Assembly: GCF_009914755.1 (NCBI RefSeq)
Contig: NC_060925.1
Source of the DNA: the human T2T-CHM13v2.0 reference genome, Homo sapiens
Direction: 5' to 3' (one strand)
Length of the DNA: 64,000 nucleotides
Shown here: in pieces, positions 13,857-26,800 of the stretch
Numbering within the stretch: position 1 is the stretch's first letter
Layout of the letters: every line of letters begins with the position of its first letter
Program-made: the position numbers and the translations under genes
The notes under the pieces: generated by a model
The model's input: the letters and a program-made list of their open reading frames with translations, nothing else
Told to the model about the DNA's origin: nothing
Database searches by the model: none

Positions 13857-15099
13857 AAATATCTGTTTTTTTCACCAGGTTACCAAGTTCTGTGATTGCA
13901 ACAATGATATCTGCTTTGTTCACCATAATTTCCCCTGTGTTTAACAGTGTCTGGCACATCAGGTGTTCAGTTAAATATTTTCTATGTGAAACAATAAATA
14001 TTGCTAATGGCAGGTATTTACATTAGCTTCCATTCCTTTTCTTCTTCCTAGGCCAGGATTATCTCAGGATTTCATGAAGAGGAGAAATGGAGGTCATTTC
14101 CTAGAGATTAATGGATAATTTGATTGTGAGAAGAAAATTGTTTAAGGAGCAGGGGTGGGTATGGAGGCAAATGTCACACACTCCAGAAGGTAAAGTGACC
14201 TGGCTCTTCCCCTCTCACTCCTTGGAAAGAAGGAAAGCTCATCAGAGCCAGGACCCTGGAAAAGTGATGTGATGAAGAGAAGGAGGCCCTGAATACCACC
14301 ATCTGAAGGCATTTCCAAGGAAGCCAGGGATGTGACTCTGTCTCGGTTGCAGAGATCAAAAGGTTTTGTGAAGGAAGCAATGGCTCTCTAGCCCCCTTCT
14401 GGGTGGATTCTGGGGTAGAAGGATCCGGTTCCTTTGATAACTGGTTAGTTATAGCTATAGGGTGAAGCCAATTGAGTAACATTGGTCTGGGCTTCCAGAG
14501 ACACAAGGTCTTCTTGAACCATAAGCTCTCAGAACAATGCCCCACCTAGGCAGAGCAGAGAACCCTGAACCTTTTGCCTGGAGAGAACAAAGAAGCGCAC
14601 AGCTCAGGAGCCACCAGACCTGGGACTACCCATTGGACCCCTAATCTCCACTGTTCTTGGCCTGTCTCTCTTTCCCATTAGATTGTGAGCTCTTTGAGAA
14701 CAGACTACCTCTTCTCCATCCTTGTTTCCCTAGCCTAGTACACCATCAAATAATGCTGTGGAAAGAAAAAGTAAAGGAATAAATAAATAACCCTTAGATA
14801 AGTGGGTCATCCACCAATCCTCAATTCCTGATTAGTAAAATGAGAATAACAATAGCTACTAACAAGAGTATTGTGTAGACTGTATGACTTAATGAATGTG
14901 AAAGCACCCGTATGGAGTTTAACATAAAATAGATAATAAAAAATACATTATCCTCTTTGTTTCGGCTTTAATCACGCATCCTCGCTTTAAGTACTCCCTG
15001 AACTTTAGTGACCTTCATATTTTCTAGCCTTAACTTGACAGTGCATCAGTGGTTAAAGAATCATAAAATATCAGAGCAAGAGGGCACCAAAAGTGGACA

Positions 15100-15649
15100 T
15101 TTGTCTTGCTTTGTCTTGTTTTATTTTCCTGCTCTTAATGTATTCCCCTCTCACACACATCATTTTCCTGTATTGAGCCCCCAGTCTCAATTCCATGACT
15201 CAGGAGGAGCTGACTCCACTCAGACTGTGGGTGGGGATGGAGTCAGCCCAATGGTGGCCAATCAGAGCACTGATATACCTCTTTCCACAGTGATTAGTGA
15301 CGTATGGCATATGGCCCATACCTGACTCAGTTTTGGAACTTGTGAAACAGGGAATTACCCTTATGCTGAGAGGGTGGGATATCCACCAGGAGCTTCTGGC
15401 AGCCAATTTGCTTCTAGCAGGGGAGGGCTGGTTGAATAATGAAGCCAATGCCCAAGAAACAGTGCTGAGCGGTTGAGGACAGAGAGCTTCAGACCAAGCC
15501 TTGATGATGCTGAGTCCTTAGATCCAGTAATGCCTAAAACAAGTATCCCTTTGGACTTTTGAGTTTTATGAGCTAATTAATTTCCCTTTTTATTTAAGTC
15601 AGTTTGAGTTGGGTTTTCTGTCCCTTGCAACCAAATTTTGGCTAATACA
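15100..15649 (+). mobile_element. Old MaLR LTR (MLT1J/K/L-like)
   Basis: 3' end ttaagtcagtttgagttgggttttctgtcccttgcaacc...ctaataca; 5' boundary approximate. Confidence 0.65.
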
Positions 15650-18251
15650 AGATGTTGGAGTTTGTTTCATCACACCTCTTAATTTTACAGATGAGGAAGA
15701 GATTTGCAAATCATATGAGCAGTTTTTACACACAACCAATTTTCCAAATAAGTATATTGCTTCAATTCCTTTTATCCTTACTGCTGACCAGAACAGGGGC
15801 AGATTGTTCTTATACCGGGATAGGGTCATAGAATATTGATTTTGGTCACAGAATGCCTAATCTTTCTGTAACAGAGCAAATTTTAAAATTCAAGTCCCTG
15901 GGAATCAGTTTTATTTTGCATTACAATGTTTTTATCCCCCAAGCAGAACTGCTGATGGCTGTCCTTTTCCTTCCACACAGTATAATCAGCAGCAATTAAT
16001 TATAATCACAAGGAGACAGCACAAATGAACAGAGCATTAATTGGACAGAAGTAATCAAAATCTCCCTTAGCCCACAGTTAGTACCTGTATGCAGGAAGAT
16101 GTGAGGAGGCACATGCATGTGTACACACACACAAACATGCACACACCCCATAGTCAACCAGACAATAAGAAGAGGATACAGGATGAGCATGCTCTCTCAT
16201 CAGCATGGTGTAGTAGAAAAAAAAATCAAGGACTTTGGAATCACAAAGATCCCACCACTAACCAGTTGCTTAAACTTAGCTTTGTCATTTCTAAAACAAG
16301 GATACACAGACCTACTTCAGAGTGGATGAGAATATTAAATAAGAGTACTGTATGTAAAGCACTTTTTACTGGTATGTAGCAGGAACTCTATACCTTCTAG
16401 TTCTTTTTCCCTCCACTGTGGCTGCTAGAGAATGAAGATCTAATAAGATCGGAAATTTTAGACCCTCGAATGTTCTTAATCCAGCCTAACCAATTTGATT
16501 GTCTCCCCCAGACCCTCCACTTAATCCTATACCATTCCCCTTTCCCAGTCTCTGCCCCCTCCCCTACATTCCTGCTTCCTCTTGCCTCTTTGCCTCTTTC
16601 CCCTCTTGGTTATAAATTCTGGGAGGGCAGCTTGGTATCCCTGTTGCCCCTCACAGGACCTGACACACAGTAAACAATGAGTGGACATTTGTTTAATAAC
16701 TATTGATGGAGCCTGTGTCTGTGCTTATGTTCTCCTTTCACCTGCAGCATCCAGCCCTTCTATCTTGGTCTCAGTCTTAGTCATCCTTCAAGGCTTAGCC
16801 TAGAAGCTACCACCTCCTCCATGAAATCTTTGAAACTTGTCCCTAGGACCCCTATCCCCTCCTCTGAACTCGGAACCTCTTTCATGACACTTGCAGCTTT
16901 TTATCTTGTGTTATAAGATTTACGCAGGTGTTGCTTTTTCACTATGACCTCAAGTTTCTTCACTCAATCATTCAACCTCTTTGAGTTAGTGTATGCTGGT
17001 AACTATAGATACTGAGGCATCAGAAAGGGTATGTGTCCTTGAGATGCTCAGGTTCAAACTAGTACTTGAGCACAGCAACTGTGTCTGACTCATCTTTCAA
17101 TACCCCATGCCTTGGGCCACTGTGGGTGATCCTCAAATATTTGATAATGGCAATAGGTTGCCTAGGAGAAGGCATCTGAGCTAGAATACTGGTGAGTCTT
17201 GTGAGGTTATAGAAGGCCAGTGAGCTCCCTCAGGTTGGACACAAATGCCCCTGGGCTTTCTGAAGGAAAATATTTTACATTATGGAGAGAAATCTGGCTC
17301 TAGATCATGCCATATACTATGTACTTGAATCAAAAAATCCCTGAATAAGCTGTGACTTGGTACCCAGGGATATACACCTTCAATAATTTACTTGAAGAAG
17401 CTCTGGCCTACAGTCAGTCCCAGCTTTGCCACTGGTTTCACAGTGATGTTGAACAAGTCATTTATCTTCTCTGGGTATCAGTTTAGCTACCTCAACTTTA
17501 TGCAACCAACAATTATGGACACCTACTGTGTTTCTGGCACTGTGCCTAGTCCTGGAAATACAGAAATAACTCATATATGATTAGCAATTTTGAAGGCACT
17601 AATTTAGTAGGCACTATAAAAAGGGCCATCAAAGAGAGGTGTTGTAACAACTCTACATTGTGTAGCTCTCATTCTTCATTTCTTTCTGGATAAATTCCCA
17701 AGCTCCTTTACCTGACATCAAGCTTCTTGTGATTTGCCCCTGTCTAGTTTCTCCTCCATAGTGACCCTGCACCCTGGCCATACTGCAGTGCTAGTCATTC
17801 CCTAATGCTCCATTATCATCCATATCTTTGCCCATGCAGTATCACTCCAAAATTCTCTACCTGCTAAATTTATGATGATCCTTCAACAAAGTGAAAGTAC
17901 CATAATTGAGGTGTACACAGAAAGAGCATCACATTTGTAAAGGAAGAAGAATTGTAATATTATAGCTTTTTTTAAAGCTTCTTTTATTCTTTTCTTTTTC
18001 CTTCTTTCTCTTTCCTTCCTTCCTTCCCTCCTTCCCTTCCCTTCTCTTCCTTCCTCTTCTCTCTCTCCTTTCTTTCTTTTGTAAAAGGAATAGATTGGAT
18101 TAGATTAACTCTACCAACGCTGTACCACTGGATGATCAATGATGTAGTAATTATGTAATCTTTGTACTGGGTCTTTGGAACTCGTGATCACACTGTCTGA
18201 CCTGTGCTTCCCTCATGGTGTTTGAAAATGTCTCAAGAGCCAATTAACCCA

Positions 18252-18857
18252 TGTGATGGTTCATTTTATGTGTCAACTTGACTGAGATGCCCAGACATTT
18301 GGTCAAACATTATTCTGGATATGTCTGTGAGGATATTTCTGGGTGAGATTAAAATTTAAGTGAGTAGACTTAGTCAAGGAGATTGCCCTCCCTGATATGG
18401 GTGGGCCTCATCCAATCAGTTGAAGACTGAATAAACAAAGAGGCTGAGAGGGAATGCCTCCTGACTGCTTGAGCTGGGACATGGGTGTTTTTTGGCTTTT
18501 GGACAAGAACTGAAATACAGTTCTTCTTGGGTCTCAAGTCTGTTGACTTTCAGATTGGAACTTGCGCCATCAGCTCTCCTGTTTCTCAGGCCTTCAGCCT
18601 CAGACATATCAGCTCTCCTGGGACTTCAGCTCATTGACTGCAGATTTGGGACTTCTCAGCCTCCATAATTGCATAAGCCAATTCTTTATAATAAATGTCT
18701 TTATGCATATAATCTCTTTACATATATATATGAAAGCAGGACCAATAGGTGATATATAGATGTAGATATGGATATAGACATAGACTTAGATACAGATATT
18801 GATATTGACATAGATATTCTATTGGTTCTGTTTCTCTGGAGAACCCTGACTAATGCA
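18252..18857 (+). mobile_element. MLT2 (ERVL) solo LTR with internal GATATA-like repeat
   Basis: tgtgatggttcattttatgtgtcaacttgactg...tgtttctctggagaaccctgactaatgca. Confidence 0.9.
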
Positions 18858-20189
18858 ACCATATTGCAGACCTTGGGCTTGGCTTCCTGAAGAATGTTCC
18901 TCTCAATCGTGAGTAAGATGTCAAGTCTCCTCAACCACACCCAACTTTTCATTTCCTATATTCTTGGCTCTGCTGTTGATTATTGTTTTCTCCCTAGAAG
19001 AAAGATCCCCTAAGATATGGGAAAGAACGATTTTGTAGAATCCTGCTACATGGAGCTAACAGGACCCTTAGAGATAATTAGGATTCTTATTTCAGAGCAG
19101 TGAGGTGCCTGTCCATGGTTTTGTTCTTTGTAGAAACTTGTGGAATGCCTTCCTGTTCCTCCAACTCTCTCTTCTCCTCTTATTGAAGGCTTAACCTCCC
19201 TTTTAGACCCAGCTCAAAATCTGCTCCATTTAGAAGGTCTTCCTAGATTCCCCAAGTTTGAATTCATTGCTCTGTTTTCTGTATCCCCACAGAGTTCTGT
19301 TCATATCTTTTACTTAGCTTTAATTTGTTTTATAATTGGAGATAGATCAAGAGGTAAGTTAGGCAGATGGGGTACAAGGTATTATTTGTAGTGGGATAAT
19401 AAAGCATCAGTAAAAACAGAACAAGTTGGAGAAAATGATATTTATCAGAATTCTTCACCAATATGTAACTGGAAGAAAATTTGAGACTCAGAGAGATAAG
19501 GAACTTCTGCTCAAATCATTCAGCTAGAAAGTAGCTGAGCTTGGATTCGAATCCAAGTCTGACTGCAAGAGCCATGCTCTTGTTGGTTATTCATGCAATA
19601 ATTTGTGTAAAATGTTAACTGTGTGCCAGGTACCATGCTAGACACTGGGATGCAAAAGTTCAAGCCTGGTTGTTCAGGGTTATGGCAGGTAGTGGCAGAA
19701 TACAACCAAATTCCTTGTGTTAGTCTTTGGTCTCTAGGTCTGAGACTCTTCTGTCCCACTGGGTGATTTCACCACTAGGATACTCCACAGCCAGTTCCAC
19801 AGGCTTCTTTCTTTCCAAAAGCAGACAAGACACTTTCTTAGAATAACCCCTTTGCCTGCCCCAATATCTTTGGCTGTGCCCACTGTGGAAAGAGAGCCAG
19901 GCTGCTGCCAAGTTCATTAATAATTTCGGCTTTCTGGAGGAAGGAGTTGGATTGCTTTGCTCTTCAAATATCAAAACATCCAATTAACACAGCTAATTAG
20001 CATCACTAGCAGCAGTCAAAAGAATGGCAATTTAGATGCAGAATTTCAAAGGTTTCCTAGTTGTAGGCCAAGGCAACCCATCTCTTGCTAATGACAAGAG
20101 TTACTCACTTAGGCAATTCTATAGCAGCCATCAATTAACCACTGGGCAGAGACTGGCCTCATCCCTGAGTCATTTGTCTAATCAGAACT

Positions 20190-20440
20190 GTGAATAGAGA
20201 AAAAGAGGCAGAATGAAAATGGAGAGAGGAAGAGAGGGAGAGAGGGAGATGACAGAAATGGAGTGAGGGGGTCTGAGAGAGGAGAGAGAGAGAATTAAAA
20301 GAGATAAACAGAGAGGAGGAGATACAGAGAGTAACAACACACAAAGACAAATTCTCAGAGAAAGTGACAGAGAGAGAGAATTAGAAGGAAAAACAAACAG
20401 AAAGGGTGACTTACAGATAGATAAACAGACAGACAATCAG
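20190..20440. repeat. GA-rich low-complexity tract
   Basis: Seen directly. Confidence 0.8.
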
Positions 20441-21390
20441 GTAGGTACATAGAAAAATACATTTCTTAAAACATACAGAAGGACAGGACAAAAAGCTTCT
20501 AGCCACCAGTAGCTTTGGAAAGGTCGGTGATCACTGGGAAGCCTCAGCATTCTGATCTGTGAAGTCAGGCCTAGCTGTAAAAGTTTAAATCAAAAGCTTG
20601 GCTGCTGTAGTGGAATTCAAAAGAGGAAGAGACCAGGAGACTCAAACCAGAACTTTTCTCTTCCCTTCTCACACTGACAACTGGATTTCCTATGAGCCTT
20701 GATTTGTCTGTCGAAAGTCAAATATGCAGCCAGTGCTCCCACATTTGTGTACCTTCTCCTGTAAACGCAGTAAGCTCAATGATCGGGCCTATGATCAGCC
20801 AGGGGGGTATTGTTTTCTCCCTCAAGGAAGGAAACACCAATGGATCTCCTACTGATTCCACCTCAGACATGACTTTCCCATCTCTCCTTCTCTCCATTGC
20901 ACAGCCTCTGCCCCTGTTCAGGCCTCATGGTCACTTCTGTAGGTTACTGCAGCAGCCTCTGGTCTCTTCTTGTTGCTATCCAATCCGTTCTTATCACTGC
21001 TGCCAAAGCCATATGCCTAAGATGCAGAGCTGACTGTGTCCCTTTCTGACTTAAACCTTTTCAACAGTTCTGTACTTTCCCTGGATCAAGTCCAAACCCA
21101 TTAATCATGGTAGTCAGGGCCTCTGTCTAGGCTCCTGCTGCCTTCTCCTGACCCATCTCTCCCTTGTCCCCATTCCTCACTGACGGCCCCACCACACTAG
21201 ATGACATGGGGGCTCCTGGATGCTCCACACTGTCTTTACCTCTGGGCTCCTCCTCATACTACTTGGCCCCTGCAATACCTCAAATCCCTGTTCATCTCTG
21301 TGCCTTTCTATGTCTATGCTTTTGTTTCCATACTTCCCCTGCCTATCAACTTGTTCTTTGAATGACTTCATCTCTTAACCAGCATGTATA

Positions 21391-21631
21391 CCAGTATCAC
21401 AAATTCAAATGTCTTCAGAGGATGGATTCATAATGTAAATATGTGCAATGATAAGTATGAAACAATAGAGGGAGCAGTGACAAGTGAGACAGTAAATGCC
21501 ACGCTCAAAAACCTCAAACTCAAAACTCAACCAACCAACCAACCAACTCACCAGACAACAAAACATTTTCCTTGCCATACCCACCATCTACAGGACGGAG
21601 TCAGCCATGGGCCACCAGTTGATGACTGTTG
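21391..21631. mobile_element. hAT-type MITE (MER45-like)
   Basis: caaattcaaatgtcttcagag...cagccatgggccaccagttgatgactgttg resembles MER45 ends. Confidence 0.5.
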
Positions 21632-23292
21632 ATGGCCCTCCATCTGTAACCTGACTCTAAGCTTGGCTTGGCCCACAGGGTCTTCTGCGCTCAGACTCTA
21701 CTTTCAACTCTTGCTATCTCCATGCATCTGGCTCCCTGTTCAGGGGAATTTTCACAGTCTGTGCTGTCTCCTCCCCTTTGGACCTCACAGGGATGTTCAC
21801 TGTGTGTAAATAGCTGAAAAGAACACTAACATTTACAGTGAGTAAGCCAATCCCATCATACACCTGGCCCAGGCAAGACGTTATTAATCAGTATCTTAAT
21901 GAAGCCTAATTACAGCAGACGATGCCTCCTACCAGGTAAGGCAATGGTTACAGATGGGAGCAAACCAGGAAATCACTGCCCTCTCCCAAGAGCTTGATCC
22001 ACTGCAGCACTGGAGGGTTAACTCTGGGGGTCTGAATGGCTGGACTCCCAGAGTCCAGCCGAGGGCCCTATTAGCAGTAAGAAATGACCTCTCTCCCTAC
22101 CGCCAACATAAACGCAGATGGGACAGGAAGTGGAGCTGGGCTTCTAGTTGGTCAGTGACCACCTTCTCTTCCAGCTGACATTCTGTGTATTTCCAGACAT
22201 GACTGGGTCTCCTTGTTTCTAGTATCTACCCCTGAGTCAGGCCTTGGTAAGGCATTATAGTCTTCAAAACATGATCTTTGGTTCCTCAACTTCTTGTTTT
22301 TTTCTTTATTCCTCCATTTACTTCTCTTTTCTCTTTACAGCACTCAAGCATCCAGGGTCCCTCCCAATCCCACCTTCTATTGCAGTTCAGTGGGTTAATA
22401 GTGCAGGCTGTGGAATTAATCAGCTCTAAGGTGAATTCTGACCCTCCACATCTACCAGCTGTATGACCTTGGGAAAGTTATTTTACTCTCTGGACTTCAG
22501 TGTCTCATAAGTTAAATGAGAACAATAATCTCTGTCTTGTCTTCTTCACATAGTTGCTTTGAGGTTGAATTGGGGAAGCCGTCTAGGGCAGTACCTGCCA
22601 CATAACTGACTGCCCTCCCTTAATCCTGCAACTTCACTGAGAAGTCATTAGGGAGGAGAAGTTCTTGGCCCTTGCTAATTGCTCCTTTCTTGACTGGGGA
22701 ATGAAGTATGGGCTTCACAATTCTCTCGAAATCATACTAAGGATATCCTAGACCACTGGTCTAGGATAACTCTAGCTCCTTCTGCATATACCATCCACTC
22801 CTGTTAATACAATAATTTCCTCATGTTACTCTCCTGCTCAAGAACCATCTCTGGCTCCCTGTTGCCTACGATCTAAAACTCGAAATTAGTACTATGGCAT
22901 TTAAGGCTTTCCATGATCTGACCCCATATAACTTTTTCAACTTTAGTTCCTAAGCCTCCCTTGTATGAACTCAGCATTCAGGCCAATTTCTTCACATGCT
23001 CAGTTCTGTCACCGAGCCTTTATTCATCATGACCCACTCTTCACAATGTTTTCCCTGTTTTGTAAGTTCCTTCACTAGACTGTGAGGGTAGATGTTATTT
23101 TTTAAAATTTCAATATCAATAGAGCTGATAAAATGAAACTCTCAATAAATAGTTGTTAAACTGGGCTAAATGCCATCACTTCAAATACTTCTTCTCTTGT
23201 AAGTTCCAGAACAGATCCTTTTGGATGGTCTAATGTAGTCAAGTTCAGACTCTGAAACCAAAAGACTTTGGGTCAAACCCAAGCTCTACCAC

Positions 23293-23842
23293 TGTGATGG
23301 TTAACTGTACGTGTCAATTTGGCTGGGCCATGATGCTCAAATAAGTTGTCAAACATTATTCTGGATGTTTCTGTGAGGGTGCTTGTGGAAGAGATTAACA
23401 TTTAATCAGTGGACTTTGAGGCAAAGAGATTGTCCTCCATAATGTGGGTGGGCCTCATTCAATCAGTTGAAGGCCTGAATTGAACATAAGACTGACCTCT
23501 CTTGAGCAAGAGGGAATTCTGCAGCAGATGGCCTTTGTTCTTGAAAAGTAACATTGGCTCTTCCCTGGTCTCCAGGCTGCCAGCCCACGCTTGCAAACTG
23601 CCAAAATTGCATGAAGGCTAGGTGTGGTGGCTAATGCATGTAATCTCAGTGCTTTGGGAGGCTGAGGTGGGAGGATCGCTTGAGGTCAGGAGTTCAAGAC
23701 CAGCCTGAGCAACATGGAGATAAACTGTCTCTACAAAAACAATTAAAAAACTGCATGAGTCAATTTCTTGAAATAAATCTATATATACATGCACACACAC
23801 ACCCTATTTGTCCTGTTTCTCTGGAACACCCTGACTAATACA
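23293..23842 (+). mobile_element. MLT2 solo LTR inserted in a MIR and interrupted by a FLAM
   Basis: tgtgatggttaactgtacgtgtcaa...ccctgactaataca; TSD accac/gccac. Confidence 0.9.
23616..23746 (+). mobile_element. Alu monomer (FLAM_C-like)
   Basis: Single left-arm monomer with A tail; TSD aaaa(t/c)tgcatga. Confidence 0.88.
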
Positions 23843-26800
23843 GCCACTTACTGTCTGTTTACCTTCATCAGGTCATTTTACCTCATTGAGCCTTTGTTTT
23901 CTAATGTATATAATGAGGATGATTGTTCCTCCTTCACAGGGTTATTGTAACAACTCACTGTGGCCCTGACTGTGTATGTCAGAGCACCTGTAATTTGTGA
24001 GCTATTTCACCTTGCTAAATCTTATTATCAAGGTCCATCACCTCCAGGAAGTCATCTCAATTGCTCTAGCTCTCTTTTCACTTTGACATTCCTGGGGTCC
24101 CAGAGGAAGCTGGGCCCACACCACAGCCCTGACTTTGCCCTTTCTTTCAGCATCCAAACACATGTGATGATGCCCAGCACTGCATGAGCCTGGTGAGGTA
24201 TGGAGGGACTGAGGAGGGGGCCTAGTAGAGATGTTAATACAGAATAATCTAGGGGCAGCTCTCAAAGCTATAGCAGAGGCTGCTGAGAAGGACTCAGACA
24301 CAGTGCTGCAGTCAATTGGGTCCTGAATTGAAATTCATCCCATTGCTTTTTGTCTCGACAGGGTAATAAAAAAATCCTCAGACAGTATATTACGAATGCA
24401 AAGGTACAACACTGGCTCTCTGCTCTCCACCACTGTCTGAGAGAAGGGGACCTGTTGGGGGCCTGAAGAAAATGGGCTTTGAGAGGAGGATAGTGGGTAG
24501 GAGCAGATGGCACGTCTTTGGCTGAGCAGGGAGGGCTGGACCCTCACAGTGCTAAGCCAGTGCTTCCCGACCTTTCATGTCATGACTCTCCGAGAAATTT
24601 TTGATACTATTTGCAGACTGAAGGAAAAGGTGAGGGGCTTCCTTCTGCTGGAGGTTATTGGCCCTGAGGCTTGGGTCACTCCAGGCCTTGTGAGGCTGTG
24701 CAAGGGATGAGGGACCTGTACGTTGGTACAGCAGCAACCCATTCAAGCACCGAGGCTGGGACTCTATTTGATATGCTTTCCTTCCAGCTGGAAGCAGAGA
24801 AGATGCTGAGGTCCTCACAGGTGACTTGAAAAGCTCAGTTTGGAAGTCTTATTCGGGCCCTCAAGCCCCACTGGGTCTTACAGTTGCTGTTTTTCTTTTT
24901 GGATCAAGCATCCTGCAAATCTGATCATGTCATTCCTCACTCAAAATGACTATCACCTACATGCTTAAGCAGGGAACATAAAACAGGGACCCCACTTCTC
25001 CATTGCATCTCTTGCACTCTCTCCCCTAATGATTTCATCTATTTTTTTAAACAACACTCTTCTCTCTCTCTCTCTCTCTCTCTCAAACCAGTCTGCAGGT
25101 GGCTGGTTTGACTGATCTAGAATCAATGACCAGAAGATAGGGCTTTAGGCTAGCTTGGCTCCAGGCCACAGTGGAACTCAGGTCTGCCTTTCTCCCTGTT
25201 CATCCTGGGGTAGAGCTGAAGTGGCAGTGGCTCCCGTGACATGCTCTTCCCGTGGAGGATCACTGGAGTGGCAAGTGCCAGCCCAAACCACACAGGCACA
25301 TGGAAGGCCTCCATCTGAGTTAGTTCCATTAGTGTCCCTTTGGCCAAAGCAAGTCACCTAGGTATGCCCAACATTAGTGGGGCTAGGAAGAATACTCCAA
25401 CCACAGCCCTTCCCTGTACTTGAAGCTCCAGACAATTCCAGCTCCTGAAAACAGCATGTTGTGTCATGTCTCTGGGCATTGGCCTAGAATGTCCATTTCA
25501 TTCTGTGAGTTTCAGCTCACGGGCTCCTCCTCTATGAAGTCATCCCTGTCTAAGGCAGAGTTATGTACTTTCTCCCTAATGTCCCCTCTCTACCTTATGT
25601 GTCCTTTCAGGGTACTCTTATTAATAGTAATGTTTGGATGTCCGTTTCTCCATAAGATGGCACTTTTGGAATGCAACAGCCTTTCCTGACTCATTACTGG
25701 GTCCTCAGCCACCTTGTATGGGGCCTGGCACAGAAGGAATGCTCAGAAACTTTTTGTTAAACAAATGAGTGAATAATTGAATAAATGAATGGCCAGTGTC
25801 TGGTCCTTTTGATTTCAATGTGCTCACCAGCCTCTTTACCTGGACCCACCAGTCTCTGTGTATGCTTTGACCCTGGGCCCATTAGGGTACAGCTCAAAAC
25901 CCTATGTCTAGGTTATAACAGACCTAAGTCACACTGAATAGAGTCGAAGGTCCTTGACCCATCATCCATACTTGTGGTTGCAGTTTGAGTTCATAGAATG
26001 TCTGATCAGGGAAGAATATAGAGACTTCTTCATTCAACTGCACCTTAAGGGAAGAAGCAATGTCTTACTCATCTTCGATTGCCAATGCCCAGCACAGGGC
26101 ATGTGACAGAGTAGGTGCTTGGTAAATATCTGTTTTGTGTTTTTCACTCTCACACTTTCACAGGTAGAAAAGTGAAAACCCAGAGCGGGAAAATGGAGTT
26201 ACTGAGTTACACAGGCTGTTTCTGGTAGTCTGGATTCCAGCCTGGTTTCCCTGATTTCCAGGAGCCCAGAACCTAATGGACTGTTTCTAAGGCCTTATTT
26301 CTTGACACAGACCTAAGGTTACATGAAGTAGGTCCTTACTAACTTCTTCCAAATCCTTCTTAGAACAAATTGATGGGTCACTGGTGGGTCTAAACATGGA
26401 TAAGGTCATGTTGCTTTAAAGCCATGAAGTCAAAAAGCAGTGTACTGTGGTAGCAAAAGAGCAGGCTTTGGAGGAGGCCGACAGACCTGGGTTTGCGAAT
26501 CAGGAGAAATACTTGCTATGTGACCTTGGACAAATCCCCTAATTACCTTGAGCATCAATCTGCCCCGCAACCCTCCGCCATCACCAAATGGGACCATAAT
26601 GCCACTCTTTTGGGGTTGTAGTAAAGATTCATGCTAATATGTGCCATTTACCTAGAACATCTTAATCTCAGGTGGTCAATCACTTACAATGAAGTTGTGT
26701 TTTCAAATTGTACTTCAAATCTGGCCTGCCGCACTTGCCATCACCTTTGGAGATTGTTTGCCCTTACAAAGACTTCCAGTCTAGATGCCCTGCCATCCTG

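Noticed and set aside
18252-23842. Two same-orientation MLT2 LTRs about 5 kb apart, suggesting an ERVL provirus
   Set aside because: The interior holds MIR, L2-like and unique sequence with no gag/pol remnants, and the second LTR has its own TSD inside a MIR. These are independent solo LTRs.
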